Shown: positions 37,058-46,982, numbered from the stretch's first letter. The stretch: DNA of 61,914 nucleotides from Clostridia bacterium (GCA_017545225.1 JAFWPR010000145.1:1-61914), one strand, 5' to 3'. Program-made: numbers and translations. Notes: a model not told the origin generated them from the sequence alone.

Positions 37058-39441
37058 GAAATCCGTTTTCCGAAATTAAAGACAGAGCGATAATACTCGA
37101 CGGCGCGACGGGCACGCTCCTTCAGGCGGCGGGTCTGCTTCCCGGAGAGCTGCCCGAAACGTGGGCGCTGACTCATCCCGACGCGATACGCGAAGTCCAC
37201 CGCTCGTACCTAGAGGCGGGGTCGGATCTGATCGCGGCGGACACGTTCGGCGCGAACAGGCTGAAATTCCCCGAGGGCGGAGAATTCCCGCTCGACGGGA
37301 TCGTTCGCGCCGCGGTGACGCTCGCCCGCGAGGAAGCGGACGCGTTTTCAGCGAAGACCGGCAAAAAGCCGTACGTCGCGCTCGATATGGGGCCGACTGG
37401 GCGGCTCCTCAAGCCGCTCGGAGACCTCGATTTCGAGGAAGCGGTCTCCGTCTTCTCCGAGGTCGCGAAGCTCGGCGAGAAATACGGCGCCGACTGCATC
37501 CTGATCGAGACGGTGAACGACAGCTACGAGCTGAAAGCGGCGGTCCTCGCCGCGAAGGAATCGACTTCTCTTCCCGTCTTCGCAACGTGCGTTTTCGACG
37601 AGACGGGGCGGCTCCTCACGGGAGCCGATCCGCTCACCGCCGTCTCGATACTCGAAGGACTCGGCGTCGACGCGCTCGGCGTCAACTGCGGGTTCGGTCC
37701 GGACAAGCTCGGCGGCGTGGTCGACGATCTCTTGAAATACGCGTCGGTCCCGGTCATCGTCAAGCCGAACGCGGGTCTTCCCGTCGTCAAGGACGGAAAA
37801 ACGGAGTACGACGTCCCCGCAGATACGTTCGCCGGACTTCTCTCGGATATGGTGAAAAAAGGCGCGCGCGCCGTCGGCGGATGCTGCGGCACGACGCCGG
37901 AATATATTTGTAAGCTCGCGGAGGCGGTCGCCGGTATCAAACCCGTGAAACCGGAGAAAAAAGAATACGCCGCGGTCTGCTCGGGCGTGCGGTCGTTCAT
38001 CATCGGGCCGCGCCCCGCCGTCATCGGCGAGAGGATCAACCCGACCGGAAAGAAGAAGATAAAAGAGGCGCTTCGCGCCGAGAATTACGGCGAGATCTTC
38101 GACGAGGCGGTAAGGCAGGAGGAGCGCGGCGCGGATATCCTCGACGTGAACGCGGGTCTGCCGGAGATCGACGAGCCCGCCGTCCTCGAGACGCTCGTGA
38201 AGGGACTGCAGGGGATCACTTCCCTGCCTCTCTGCATCGACACCTCCGACCCCGCCGCGATGGAGCGCGCGCTCCGCGTCTACAGCGGTAAAGCGCTCAT
38301 TAATTCCGTGAACGGAAAGGACGAGGTCCTCGACGCCGTCCTTCCGCTCGCCGCGAAATACGGCGGAGTCGTGATCGGTCTGACGCTCGACGAAGACGGG
38401 ATCCCCGACGAGCCGGAGAACAGGCTCAAAATTGCCGAAAAGATCGTATCCCGCGCCGCGGAATACGGGATCGGGAAGCGCGATATCGTGATCGACCCGC
38501 TCGTTCTGACGGTGAGCGCGGATCCGCTCGCCGCGAAAAGAACGCTCGACTCCGTCTCTCTTATTAAGAAAGAACTCGGCGTCGCCGTCTCGCTCGGCGT
38601 GTCGAACGTGTCGTTCGGTCTGCCGGGACGCGACAGACTCAATTCGGTCTTCCTCGCGGAGGCGCTGTCGCGCGGCCTCGACGCCGCGATCGCAAATCCG
38701 CTCTCGGATATGATGATGGGGGTCTTCGCCTCGCACGCCGCGCTGACCGGCGCGGACCCGGGCTTCGCGCGGTATATCGCGGCGGAGGACGGAAAAGAAG
38801 AAAAAAGCGCCGTCCGGACGGGCGATATCACGCTTTCGGCGGCGATAGAGACGGGCCTTTCCTCCCGCGCGGCGGAGCTGACCGCTGCGCTGCTCGAAAC
38901 CGTGCCTCCGCTCGAGGTCATCGAGGGGTATATCATCCCCGCGCTCGACCGCGTGGGAAAAGCTTTCGAGGAGAAGAAACTGTATCTTCCGCAGCTGCTG
39001 ATGAGCGCGGAGGCGGCGGGCGCGTCGTTCGACGAGGTGAAAAAGAAAATGCCCCGAGGCGCGGGCGCGTCGAAGGGCGGGATCGTTCTGGCGACGGTCA
39101 AGGGCGACATACACGATATAGGAAAGAACATCGTCAGGACGCTGCTTGAGAATTTCGGGTTCACGGTCTTTGATCTCGGGCGCGACGTTCCGCCGGAGCG
39201 CGTGCTTGAGGCGGCGCTCCGCCACGGGGTCGCCATCGTCGGGCTGAGCGCTCTTATGACGACGACGGTCCCCGCTATGGAAGAGACGATAAAGCTCGTC
39301 CACGAGAAGGCGCCGGGCGTCAAAGTCGTCGTGGGAGGCGCGGTGCTGACCGCCGAGTACGCGGACGCGATCGGCGCGGACAAGTACTGTAAAGACGCGA
39401 TGGAAACCGTCGGGTACGCGAAAGAGATATACGGGAAATAA
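37054..39441 (+). CDS. metH: cobalamin-dependent methionine synthase lacking the activation domain
   Basis: It has a Hcy-methyltransferase domain ('ILDGATGT', 'GGCCGTTP'), a pterin-binding domain and a B12-binding motif ('DIHDIGKN'). The ATG at 37054 lies 6 nt after GAGGA. Confidence 0.9.
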   Translation: MRNPFSEIKDRAIILDGATGTLLQAAGLLPGELPETWALTHPDAIREVHRSYLEAGSDLIAADTFGANRLKFPEGGEFPLDGIVRAAVTLAREEADAFSAKTGKKPYVALDMGPTGRLLKPLGDLDFEEAVSVFSEVAKLGEKYGADCILIETVNDSYELKAAVLAAKESTSLPVFATCVFDETGRLLTGADPLTAVSILEGLGVDALGVNCGFGPDKLGGVVDDLLKYASVPVIVKPNAGLPVVKDGKTEYDVPADTFAGLLSDMVKKGARAVGGCCGTTPEYICKLAEAVAGIKPVKPEKKEYAAVCSGVRSFIIGPRPAVIGERINPTGKKKIKEALRAENYGEIFDEAVRQEERGADILDVNAGLPEIDEPAVLETLVKGLQGITSLPLCIDTSDPAAMERALRVYSGKALINSVNGKDEVLDAVLPLAAKYGGVVIGLTLDEDGIPDEPENRLKIAEKIVSRAAEYGIGKRDIVIDPLVLTVSADPLAAKRTLDSVSLIKKELGVAVSLGVSNVSFGLPGRDRLNSVFLAEALSRGLDAAIANPLSDMMMGVFASHAALTGADPGFARYIAAEDGKEEKSAVRTGDITLSAAIETGLSSRAAELTAALLETVPPLEVIEGYIIPALDRVGKAFEEKKLYLPQLLMSAEAAGASFDEVKKKMPRGAGASKGGIVLATVKGDIHDIGKNIVRTLLENFGFTVFDLGRDVPPERVLEAALRHGVAIVGLSALMTTTVPAMEETIKLVHEKAPGVKVVVGGAVLTAEYADAIGADKYCKDAMETVGYAKEIYGK

Positions 39442-39488
39442 TACGGAAAAAGGACGGCATATGCCGACTGTTCTGAAGGACAGTCGGC

Positions 39489-39655
39489 AGTTATGAGTTC
39501 CGCTTACGCAAAACGTTATGAGCGCTGACGCGCGTTATGATTGCTTCGCAAGTTATGAGTGCCTGCGGCACGTTTGCGGAACTCATATCATAACGTTGAG
39601 GCGAAGCTTCAACTCATAACTTGCACGCATCGCGTGCAATCATAACTGTAAACTG
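39489..39655. repeat. array of GTTATGAG / CTCATAAC-punctuated tri-loop hairpins
   Basis: Four forward words GTTATGA(G/T) lie at about 39490, 39515, 39533 and 39551. Reverse words (C/T)CATAAC lie at about 39582-39593, 39613 and 39640. Between them are small GC hairpins (gtgcc-tgc-ggcac, ttgcacgc-atc-gcgtgcaa). tatgagttccgc pairs with gcggaactcata. Confidence 0.6.
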
Positions 39656-39793
39656 TTTCTTTGACGTTTGGCGCACAGACATCCTGCTTGCAGAGATATG
39701 CGGCAAAATACCGGCTGAAATAAGGATTTTGTTCCTTACTCAGCCGGTTTTCATTAACTGTCCTTAAGAGTACCTCGAATATTCCGCCTTTTT

Positions 39794-40396
39794 TTATTCA
39801 AGCGCGAATTCCCCGAAGAATTCAGGCATGTGGAAATTCGGGCCGGGGGTGCCGACGGGCGACCAGGAAGCGTAGTGCTCCGGCTGTTCGGTCTTCCCGC
39901 ACTTGTACACGTTGGCGCGGATCACCGCGCCGTGTGAGAAGTCCGCTCCAGGCGCGTATCTTTTTATGAACTCAAACGGGAAAGAAGCGGCGATCTGCCA
40001 GTATTTCCCCGTTTCGTCCTCTCCGCGCTCCGCTTTCACGTTCAGCTCTTCGTCGGCGTCGATATGGAACCGTCCGTCGCCGGAATCGGGTCCGTAATCG
40101 AACAGATAAGTCGGGTTCGAGTTGACCTCGAAGTTGAAATACCCGAGCGAGCAGTCCGAGCACGGCGAGAAAAAGAATTCCATGCACGAGTCGTTGCAGA
40201 CGGGACCGTGGCGGCGGTCGATCCTCGCGACGGGATCCTCTTCATAGCATTTAAGCTGAATTTTGAGCGCGTCCTCATCGCGGATCGCGCGGAATTCGGT
40301 CTTCGGCGGCAGGGCGTAGTCCCACGGGGACTCTTCGATCCGCCCGACCTCGGCTTGTTTGAAATCATCCGTCAGCTTTACGGTATATCTTTTCAT
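39794..40396 (-). CDS. carbohydrate-binding family 9-like protein (tentative)
   Basis: The 200-aa product contains 'DSCMEFFFSP...YFNFEVNSN', which resembles CBM9-like/DOMON-like proteins as I recall them. The ATG at 40396 follows GGAGAG. The 108-codon upstream extension in the listed ORF has no support. Confidence 0.5.
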   Translation of the reverse strand: MKRYTVKLTDDFKQAEVGRIEESPWDYALPPKTEFRAIRDEDALKIQLKCYEEDPVARIDRRHGPVCNDSCMEFFFSPCSDCSLGYFNFEVNSNPTYLFDYGPDSGDGRFHIDADEELNVKAERGEDETGKYWQIAASFPFEFIKRYAPGADFSHGAVIRANVYKCGKTEQPEHYASWSPVGTPGPNFHMPEFFGEFALE

Positions 40397-40691
40397 TTTT
40401 CTCTCCGTTTCAGATGCGTTTTTTCTGAAAACAATTATATACGGACGGCGGCGCGTTGTCAACGCGCCGTTTGAGGGTACGGCGGAGCGGAACTTATTAA
40501 AGCTCAGTCCCGAAAAGTTTAAAAAGTCCCTCTTTTTCCCGCTTTTTACCGTTTTTGCGTATGCAGGAAGCGGCGTCGGATCGTATAAAACGCGGTCGAA
40601 AAAATGTGAATTCCCTGATACGGCGTATTTCGCGCGGCGGCGGGTGTATAATGGCTTTCCCCCTTGAACGACGTATACGGAGTCATTCGAT

Positions 40692-41000
40692 ATGGACAAG
40701 CGTGCGGAAGAAAAGATCATCAGGAAAGCGAGCAGGAACGTAGGCGGATTTCTCGACGCCGAATATACGCTCTCCTCCGTCGGAGAGCCCGGAGCGGACG
40801 GCCTCGGGACTTCTTATTCGGTCAGAGCGTCCGTCACCGATCTGCGGACCGGGGCGACGGACAAAGAGGCGATCCTCGACGTGACGAGGGACCGGGGCTT
40901 CGCGGAACGCGTCTTCTCTCTCGTCGTCGGCGGCGGAGTGACGCCCGTCTCCCTCTCGGGCGTGATCTCGGATATTCTGTCGGACCCGGACAAAATGTGA
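40692..41000 (+). CDS. hypothetical protein (102 aa)
   Basis: The ORF has ACGGAG 9 nt upstream, sits directly before comEC and has native GC content. I recognise no family for it. Confidence 0.45.
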   Translation: MDKRAEEKIIRKASRNVGGFLDAEYTLSSVGEPGADGLGTSYSVRASVTDLRTGATDKEAILDVTRDRGFAERVFSLVVGGGVTPVSLSGVISDILSDPDKM

Positions 41001-41009
41001 TCCGGGGTG

Positions 41010-41038
41010 TTGACCCGGGCGGCGCGGAATGGTAGAAT
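41010..41038 (+). promoter_or_regulatory. promoter upstream of comEC (extended -10)
   Basis: TTGACC (41010-41015), a 17-nt spacer, then TGgTAGAAT (41030-41038). Confidence 0.5.
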
Positions 41039-41078
41039 CATAGCGGTTACAGTCGAATCTTTTGACGGAGACCGTATT

Positions 41079-43331
41079 ATGAAAGCCGTTCTGAGCCGCC
41101 CTCTCTTTTTCTTCTGCGCCGTCTTTCTTCTGATATCTGCCGGCGCGGCCGCCGTTTTACCGGCGGCGTCGGGCGTCGCCGCGATCGCGCTCGGAGTCCT
41201 CGCCGTACCGTCTGCGATCCTCTCGCTCGTCAAAAAGAAAACGTTTTTCCGGTTTGCCGCGCTCTTTTCAGCCGCGGCCGCTTTGGCGTGCGCTCTTTCG
41301 TTTTTCGCGTTCGGCGTGCGGCTGGGCGCCGCGGAGAAGTACGACGGGGTGACGGCGGAGGGGACGGTCACGGTTACGGATACGCGGTATTCGTCCGAGA
41401 CGTTCGGGGTGTACACGGCTCGCTTTTCCGACGGGAACGCCGCGTTTGACGTCACCCTTACGACGAACGACGGAGGATACGTCGCGGGCGACGTTCTCGA
41501 GGGTTCCTTCACCTTCTCAAAACTCGAGGACGGCGGCGCATACAATGAGCGTTCGTCGTATCTGCCCGACGGGATCTTCATGGAGGCGGAGGAAGACGAG
41601 GCTCATTATTCCCGTCACGACGGCTCGTTCTCTCTTACAAAGCTTCTTCACTCGATGAGAAGGACGATAAACTCGCGGTTCTCAAATTCTCTGTCGCGGT
41701 CGGCAGCGGGACTGTCCGCGGCGCTTCTGACCGGTGAAAGAGACGGCGTCTCCGACACGCTCAAGCGCGATTTCTCGCGTCTCGGCGTCTCTCATCTTCT
41801 TGCGATCAGCGGTCTGCACCTGTCCGTTTTTCTCTTCATACTCGGCAGGATCCTCGACGCGGCGGGCGTCGGCAGACTTCCGCGCGGGATCGCTTCGATC
41901 GTATTCATCGTTTTCTTCGCGGCGCTCACCGGCTTTTCGGTATCGGTGCTCCGCGCGTCCTTCATGCATATCGTCGCGATCGTCGCGGGGCTGTTCGGAA
42001 AGAAGAGCGACCCGCTCACGGCGCTCGGAGCAGCGGGCTCGGCGATCGTCGTTCTCAATCCGTTTTCCGTCCTCGACACGGCCCTGTGGCTGTCGCTTCT
42101 CTCCGCTTACGCGTGCGTCGCGGGAACGGCGGGAGAAAAAGGACCCGCCCTGCCTGAGCGCAAGCGGAGTCTGCCCGTGAGGGCGGGAAGAAAGATCCGG
42201 TCCGCGATCGAGATGACGGCGTATATCACGGCGTGCACGCTGCCCTTGACGTGGCTCGTTTTCGGGGAGGTGTCCGTCGTGTCCCCGCTCTCTAATCTTT
42301 TGTTCATCCCCGCGATAACGGTCTATCTCTGGGCGTCGCTCATTTTCGCGCTCGCCGCGTCGGCGGGGATCCCGGCGGCGCCGCTCGCCCACCTCATCGA
42401 CTGGTTCGAGGGGCTGATCGGGCGCGCGGCGGGTACGTTCTCCGGCGCGAGGGGGATCGTGTGGTCCTCGAAGAGCGCAGCCGCCGAAACCCTCGTTTTC
42501 GTTATTTTCATCCTCGCGCTCGCCCTGCCGTTTCTGACGGGCAAAGCGAGGAAAACCCGCTTCGCTCTGTACGCCTCGGTTCTTGCGCTCGCGGCAGTCG
42601 TCGGCGTCTCCGCGTCGCTCAGATCCGGGACGGCGGACGCGCTTTACGTTCTCGGCAAGAGTTCCGACGGTATCGTTCTGCGCGACGGGAACTCGTACCG
42701 TCTGTTCGACGACTCGACGGGTTCCCTGTCTTTCGCGAGACGGCTTCTCCGCGAGGCGAGAAACGGCGGCGCGTGCGAGATAGAGACGTACGTGCTGACC
42801 CATACCCACGCGCGCCACGCGTCCGCCGTCCGCAAACTGACGGGGATCGCGACCGTGAGAGCCGTCCTCATTCCGGAACCGGACGGTGAGGACGAGCGCA
42901 ACGCCGTCGAAGCGGTAAAAGAAGTTTGCGAAGAGCGAGGCGTCGAGCTGATCGAATACTCCGCCTCGGGAGGCGAGCCCGTCTCACTCGGAAACGCCGT
43001 TTTCACGCCGCTCGGAGGGTATACTCCGAAAAAGCTGACTCATCCGATCACGTCGTTCTCCCTGACGGAAAAGGGGACCTCGATCGTTTATCTCTCGCCG
43101 TCTTCGGCGGACCGCGAACAGCGGGAGACCGACGCGGCAAAGGCCGCCGACTTCCTGATATACGGCACGCATCCGAGGGCGAGGACGCCGGAGGACGTCC
43201 CCGAAAACGCCGCCGCGATAACGGCGCCGGAAGCGGACGACGGGACGCTTTCGGGCGTCGCGTTCCTCACGCGGGACAAAGACGGATACGGGACTTACAG
43301 GATACCGTTTGGGAATAATAACTCGAAATAG
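41079..43331 (+). CDS. comEC: ComEC/Rec2-family DNA internalisation protein
   Basis: It is polytopic and contains the competence-domain motif 'FSRLGVSHLLAISGLHLSV'. The C-terminal metallo-beta-lactamase-like part has 'VLTHTHARHASAV'. The ATG at 41079 lies downstream of the predicted promoter. Confidence 0.85.
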   Translation: MKAVLSRPLFFFCAVFLLISAGAAAVLPAASGVAAIALGVLAVPSAILSLVKKKTFFRFAALFSAAAALACALSFFAFGVRLGAAEKYDGVTAEGTVTVTDTRYSSETFGVYTARFSDGNAAFDVTLTTNDGGYVAGDVLEGSFTFSKLEDGGAYNERSSYLPDGIFMEAEEDEAHYSRHDGSFSLTKLLHSMRRTINSRFSNSLSRSAAGLSAALLTGERDGVSDTLKRDFSRLGVSHLLAISGLHLSVFLFILGRILDAAGVGRLPRGIASIVFIVFFAALTGFSVSVLRASFMHIVAIVAGLFGKKSDPLTALGAAGSAIVVLNPFSVLDTALWLSLLSAYACVAGTAGEKGPALPERKRSLPVRAGRKIRSAIEMTAYITACTLPLTWLVFGEVSVVSPLSNLLFIPAITVYLWASLIFALAASAGIPAAPLAHLIDWFEGLIGRAAGTFSGARGIVWSSKSAAAETLVFVIFILALALPFLTGKARKTRFALYASVLALAAVVGVSASLRSGTADALYVLGKSSDGIVLRDGNSYRLFDDSTGSLSFARRLLREARNGGACEIETYVLTHTHARHASAVRKLTGIATVRAVLIPEPDGEDERNAVEAVKEVCEERGVELIEYSASGGEPVSLGNAVFTPLGGYTPKKLTHPITSFSLTEKGTSIVYLSPSSADREQRETDAAKAADFLIYGTHPRARTPEDVPENAAAITAPEADDGTLSGVAFLTRDKDGYGTYRIPFGNNNSK

Positions 43332-43368
43332 CCGGGGCTGTCGGATCCGAAAACAGGCGTCGTGCGGC

Positions 43369-43411
43369 AAAAAAAAGAACCGGGATCGGTGCGATCCCGG
43401 TATTCTTTTTT
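43369..43411. terminator. bidirectional terminator between comEC and rpsT
   Basis: The stem accgggatcg/cgatcccggt is flanked by an A-run on the 5' side and a T-run on the 3' side. Confidence 0.7.
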
Positions 43412-43673
43412 ACTGCATTTTGTTGAATTTAAGAGTGAACTGGCTCTTCTTATGCGCGGCGTTGTTCTTGTGGATCGTTCCGCGTGCGGCAGCCTGGTCA
43501 AGGATCTTGACGACTGCGCGGTAAGCGACGGCTGCGTCTTCCTTGTTGCCCGATTCAACTGCAGCAAGGAACTTTTTGATCGTCGTACGCATGCGGTTCT
43601 TGAACATTTTGTTCTGAAGAGTCTTCGCTTCGGTGACCTTTACGCGCTTCTTCGCAGATTTGATGTTAGGCAT
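43410..43673 (-). CDS. rpsT: 30S ribosomal protein S20
   Basis: The translation reads 'MPNIKSAKKRVKVTEAKTLQNKMFKNRMRTTIKKF...IHKNNAAHKKSQ'. The start is the ATG at 43673. Confidence 0.9.
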   Translation of the reverse strand: MPNIKSAKKRVKVTEAKTLQNKMFKNRMRTTIKKFLAAVESGNKEDAAVAYRAVVKILDQAAARGTIHKNNAAHKKSQFTLKFNKMQ

Positions 43674-43945
43674 CTTTTTTCCCTTTCTGAAAATTAGGAT
43701 AAAACCGGTGAGCGGAACGACCGCTCTATATACCGTCACCCCGACGCGTGGGGCGCGCCGTGCGCGACGGTTCCCCGCCTCCGCGCCTGAGAGGGTGCGC
43801 GGGGCGAAAACTTCGTACGGATGTAAAGTATAACACACTTCCCCCGCCTTTGCAACCCCTTTGCGGGAAAAAATTTTACATATGCGCACACCCAATGAGC
43901 CGAGAGACGCATTAAATGAAATAATTCATATGTCCTTCACTTCAC

Positions 43946-44027
43946 GGAGGCATCCGGGGATGCCTCCCTACGGCGGTATCAATGAAGGAACCGCATAACC
44001 CGTAGGGAGCGATCCCCTGATCGCTCC
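43946..44027. repeat. inverted pair of a 28-nt REP-like hairpin element
   Basis: The reverse complement of 43946-43973 (ggaggcatccggggatgcctccctacgg) aligns with 44000-44027 (ccgtagggagcgatcccctgatcgctcc) at all but 5 positions. Four of these five differences are paired swaps that preserve the hairpin stem, and the fifth lies in the loop. Confidence 0.6.
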
Positions 44028-44169
44028 GTACATTAGACCCTGCGCCGAAAGGCGCATTAAAAAATATAATTATTTTTATATTGTGAGCATTTCCTTTTTA
44101 TGTTATAATAGTAAAATCCGGGAGTATGCCCGGGAAACACGAAAAAATACGGACAAACCGGAGAAAGAT

Positions 44170-44847
44170 ATGAACGAAGAAGAAAAAAACGAATTTGAGA
44201 AAGCGTTTGAAGAAAACAAAGCGGCCGAAAAAACGGCCAAAGAGGCCGAAAAAAAGCCTCCGTTCGGCAAACGGATCGCCTCCTCTCTTTACGATTTCGT
44301 GGAGATGATCGGGGCGATAACGGTCGTTATCATCCTCTGCTTCTCCTTCGTCGTCCGCCTCAACGTCGTCGACGGACCGTCGATGGAAAACACGCTTCAC
44401 ACCGGCGAATATCTCGTCGTGTCCGACCTGTTCTACAAACCGACTCAGGGCGATATCGTCGTTCTGCAGTCGCCGGAAGCCGCCGAGAACTACAGAAAAC
44501 CGCTCGTCAAGCGCGTCATCGCAACGGAGGGCCAGACGCTCGATATCGATACCGAGACCGGCAAAGTCACCGTCGACGGAGTCGAACTCGACGAAACTTA
44601 CGTCAACCTTCCCGGAGCGCCTTCGAAAATGTACGGCGACCACATGACGTTCGAGAGCGGTCACGCCGTGATCACGGTGACCGAGGATCACGTGTTCGTG
44701 ATGGGCGACAACAGAAACAACTCCGCGGACAGCCGCCTCTCCGGCATCGGTCTGGTAGACGAGCGCTGTATCGTCGGGAAGGTCCTTCTCCGCATCTTCC
44801 CGTTCAATAAGATAACGGCGTTCAGCAATCCGTTTGACGGAAAGTGA
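44170..44847 (+). CDS. lepB: signal peptidase I
   Basis: The translation contains 'VDGPSMENTL', 'VKRVIA' and 'GDNRNNSADSR'. The ATG at 44170 follows GGAGA. Confidence 0.85.
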   Translation: MNEEEKNEFEKAFEENKAAEKTAKEAEKKPPFGKRIASSLYDFVEMIGAITVVIILCFSFVVRLNVVDGPSMENTLHTGEYLVVSDLFYKPTQGDIVVLQSPEAAENYRKPLVKRVIATEGQTLDIDTETGKVTVDGVELDETYVNLPGAPSKMYGDHMTFESGHAVITVTEDHVFVMGDNRNNSADSRLSGIGLVDERCIVGKVLLRIFPFNKITAFSNPFDGK

Positions 44848-44851
44848 TAAG

Positions 44852-45736
44852 ATGAACGAAAATATCTCTCAAAACATAAACTGGTTCCCGGGTCACATGG
44901 CGAAAACGCGCCGTCTGATCTCGGAAAATATCTCGTTCTGCGATATCGTGATCGAGCTTCTCGACGCGCGTATCCCGAACAGCTCCAAAAACCCGGAGAT
45001 CGACGGGCTGACGAGCACGCGTCCGACGCTGACGCTGCTCAACAAGTCGTCCCTCGCCGATCCCGACGCGACGGGAAAGTGGATCGCCGAATACCGTGAG
45101 CGCGGAAAATACGCGCTCGCCGTCGACTGCATCACCGGCGACGGACTCGGCAGGATCCCCTCCGCCTGCGCGTCGATCCTCAAGGCCAAGATCGCGGGCT
45201 GGAACGATAAAGGAATGAGCGGACGGAAGATCCGCGCGATGATCCTCGGGATCCCGAACGTGGGCAAATCGTCCCTCGTCAACAGACTCTGCGGAACGAA
45301 AAAAGCGCGCGTGGAGGACCGCCCCGGCGTCACCCTCTCAAAACAGTGGGTCTCGGCGGGCAAGGATCTCGACCTGCTCGACATGCCCGGCGTGCTGTGG
45401 CCGAAGTTCGAGGACCCCGAAACGGGCAAAAACCTCGCTTTCACCGGCGCGATTAAGGACTCGATACTCGATACCGAAACGCTGGCGGGAGAACTCTGCC
45501 TGCGTCTCTTTACCCTCTATCCCGACCTGTTCCTGACGCGGTATAAGCTCACCGCGGAGGCGACGGAGGGCAAGGGCGCGTGGGAGCTGCTCGAAACGGT
45601 CGCCAAAAAGCGCGGTTTTCTGATCTCCGGCGGCGAGCCGGACACGGAGCGCGCAGCGAGTATCGTCCTTGACGAATTCAGAGGCGGAAAGATAGGGCGG
45701 ATCACTCTTGAATGCGTGAAACAACGTGATCAATAA
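44852..45736 (+). CDS. rbgA: ribosome biogenesis GTPase YlqF/RbgA
   Basis: The translation contains 'NWFPGHMAKT'. The G motifs are circularly permuted ('LLNKSSLAD', 'GIPNVGKSSLVN', 'DMPG'). Confidence 0.9.
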   Translation: MNENISQNINWFPGHMAKTRRLISENISFCDIVIELLDARIPNSSKNPEIDGLTSTRPTLTLLNKSSLADPDATGKWIAEYRERGKYALAVDCITGDGLGRIPSACASILKAKIAGWNDKGMSGRKIRAMILGIPNVGKSSLVNRLCGTKKARVEDRPGVTLSKQWVSAGKDLDLLDMPGVLWPKFEDPETGKNLAFTGAIKDSILDTETLAGELCLRLFTLYPDLFLTRYKLTAEATEGKGAWELLETVAKKRGFLISGGEPDTERAASIVLDEFRGGKIGRITLECVKQRDQ

Positions 45737-45864
45737 TCGTTAATACACCGTTTCACGCATCAAATTCCGCTTAAAGCGGGGCCCGAACCCGCTTTATCGG
45801 CAATGCCGAACGCGGAATTTCAAAGATATATGAGCCGCCGAAAACGGCGGCGTGGAGAATAACT

Positions 45865-46509
45865 ATGCTTGATCTGAACTTTGATCTTCAATATCAGAAC
45901 AAATACGGGCTCGTCTGCGGAGTCGACGAGGCGGGCCGCGGTCCTCTCGCGGGTCCCGTCGCGGCGGGCGCGTGCATCCTCAAGCCGGGCGCCGTCATCG
46001 AGGGACTCGACGACAGCAAAAAGCTCACCGAAAAGAAGCGCGAGGCGCTCTACGACGTGATCGTAAACTCCTGCGTCGCGTGGGGCGTCGGCCTCGCCGA
46101 CGAGGGCGAGATCGACCGGATCAACATCCTTGAGGCTGCTCTGCTCGCCATGAGGCGCGCGATCGAGGCGACCGGAGTGCGCCCCGATTTTCTTCTTATA
46201 GACGGAAATCAGAAAAGGGGATTCACGATCCCCGCCGAGACCGTCGTCAAGGGCGACGGCATCTCGCAGTCGATCGCCGCGGCGTCCGTGCTCGCGAAGG
46301 TCACGCGCGACCGGATAATGAAAAAACTCGACTCCGAGTATCCGGGCTACGGATTCGCCCGTCACATGGGCTATCCGACGAAGGAGCACAAGCTCGCCGT
46401 CTTCACGCTCGGCCCCTCTCCCGTTCACAGAAGATCATTTCTGTCGTTCCTTGAAAGAGACCGCGAAAAACTCGAGCGCGAGGCGAAAGAAGCGGGGCTG
46501 ATAAAGTGA
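45865..46509 (+). CDS. rnhB: ribonuclease HII
   Basis: The translation contains 'GVDEAGRGPLAGPV', 'DDSKKL' and 'IDGN'. Confidence 0.9.
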   Translation: MLDLNFDLQYQNKYGLVCGVDEAGRGPLAGPVAAGACILKPGAVIEGLDDSKKLTEKKREALYDVIVNSCVAWGVGLADEGEIDRINILEAALLAMRRAIEATGVRPDFLLIDGNQKRGFTIPAETVVKGDGISQSIAAASVLAKVTRDRIMKKLDSEYPGYGFARHMGYPTKEHKLAVFTLGPSPVHRRSFLSFLERDREKLEREAKEAGLIK

Positions 46510-46934
46510 AGACCCGGGAAGAGGAAAACGACCGCGAGTTCGGCTCGTGGGGCGAGGAACAGGCGGCGAAGCACCTTGAAAAAAAGGGGTTCCGGACGGT
46601 CGAAAGAAACGTGTTCGTCGGCAGAAAAGAGATCGATATAATCGCCGAGGGCCGCGGGATGATCCTCTTCGTCGAGGTCAAGACGAGAAGACAGATCCCG
46701 GACGCGGATTCCCCGTACGGCCGTCCCGCGACGGCGGTCAACGCAAAAAAGAGAGAAAATCTGCTTTACGCGGTCAGGGGGTATCTGTTCTCCCACCGCG
46801 AGGCGTGCGAGGGATTTCAGCCGCGCATCGACGTGGTCGAGGTCTACGCCGACCCGTCGACCTCAAAAAACAAAGTACTCGAGATAAGACACTTCCCGAA
46901 CGCCGTCACCGCTAAGCGAACTCATAACTCATAA
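46506..46934 (+). CDS. YraN-family (UPF0102) endonuclease-like protein
   Basis: The translation contains 'GEEQAAKHLEKKGFRTVERN', 'EIDIIA' and 'FVEVKTR'. The GTG start overlaps the rnhB stop (GTGA). The last codons run into the ACTCATA repeat. Confidence 0.8.
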   Translation: MKTREEENDREFGSWGEEQAAKHLEKKGFRTVERNVFVGRKEIDIIAEGRGMILFVEVKTRRQIPDADSPYGRPATAVNAKKRENLLYAVRGYLFSHREACEGFQPRIDVVEVYADPSTSKNKVLEIRHFPNAVTAKRTHNS

Positions 46935-46982
46935 CTCATAACTCTTAACTTTCCTATCATTTCTTCGCTTTACGGGGAGGAC

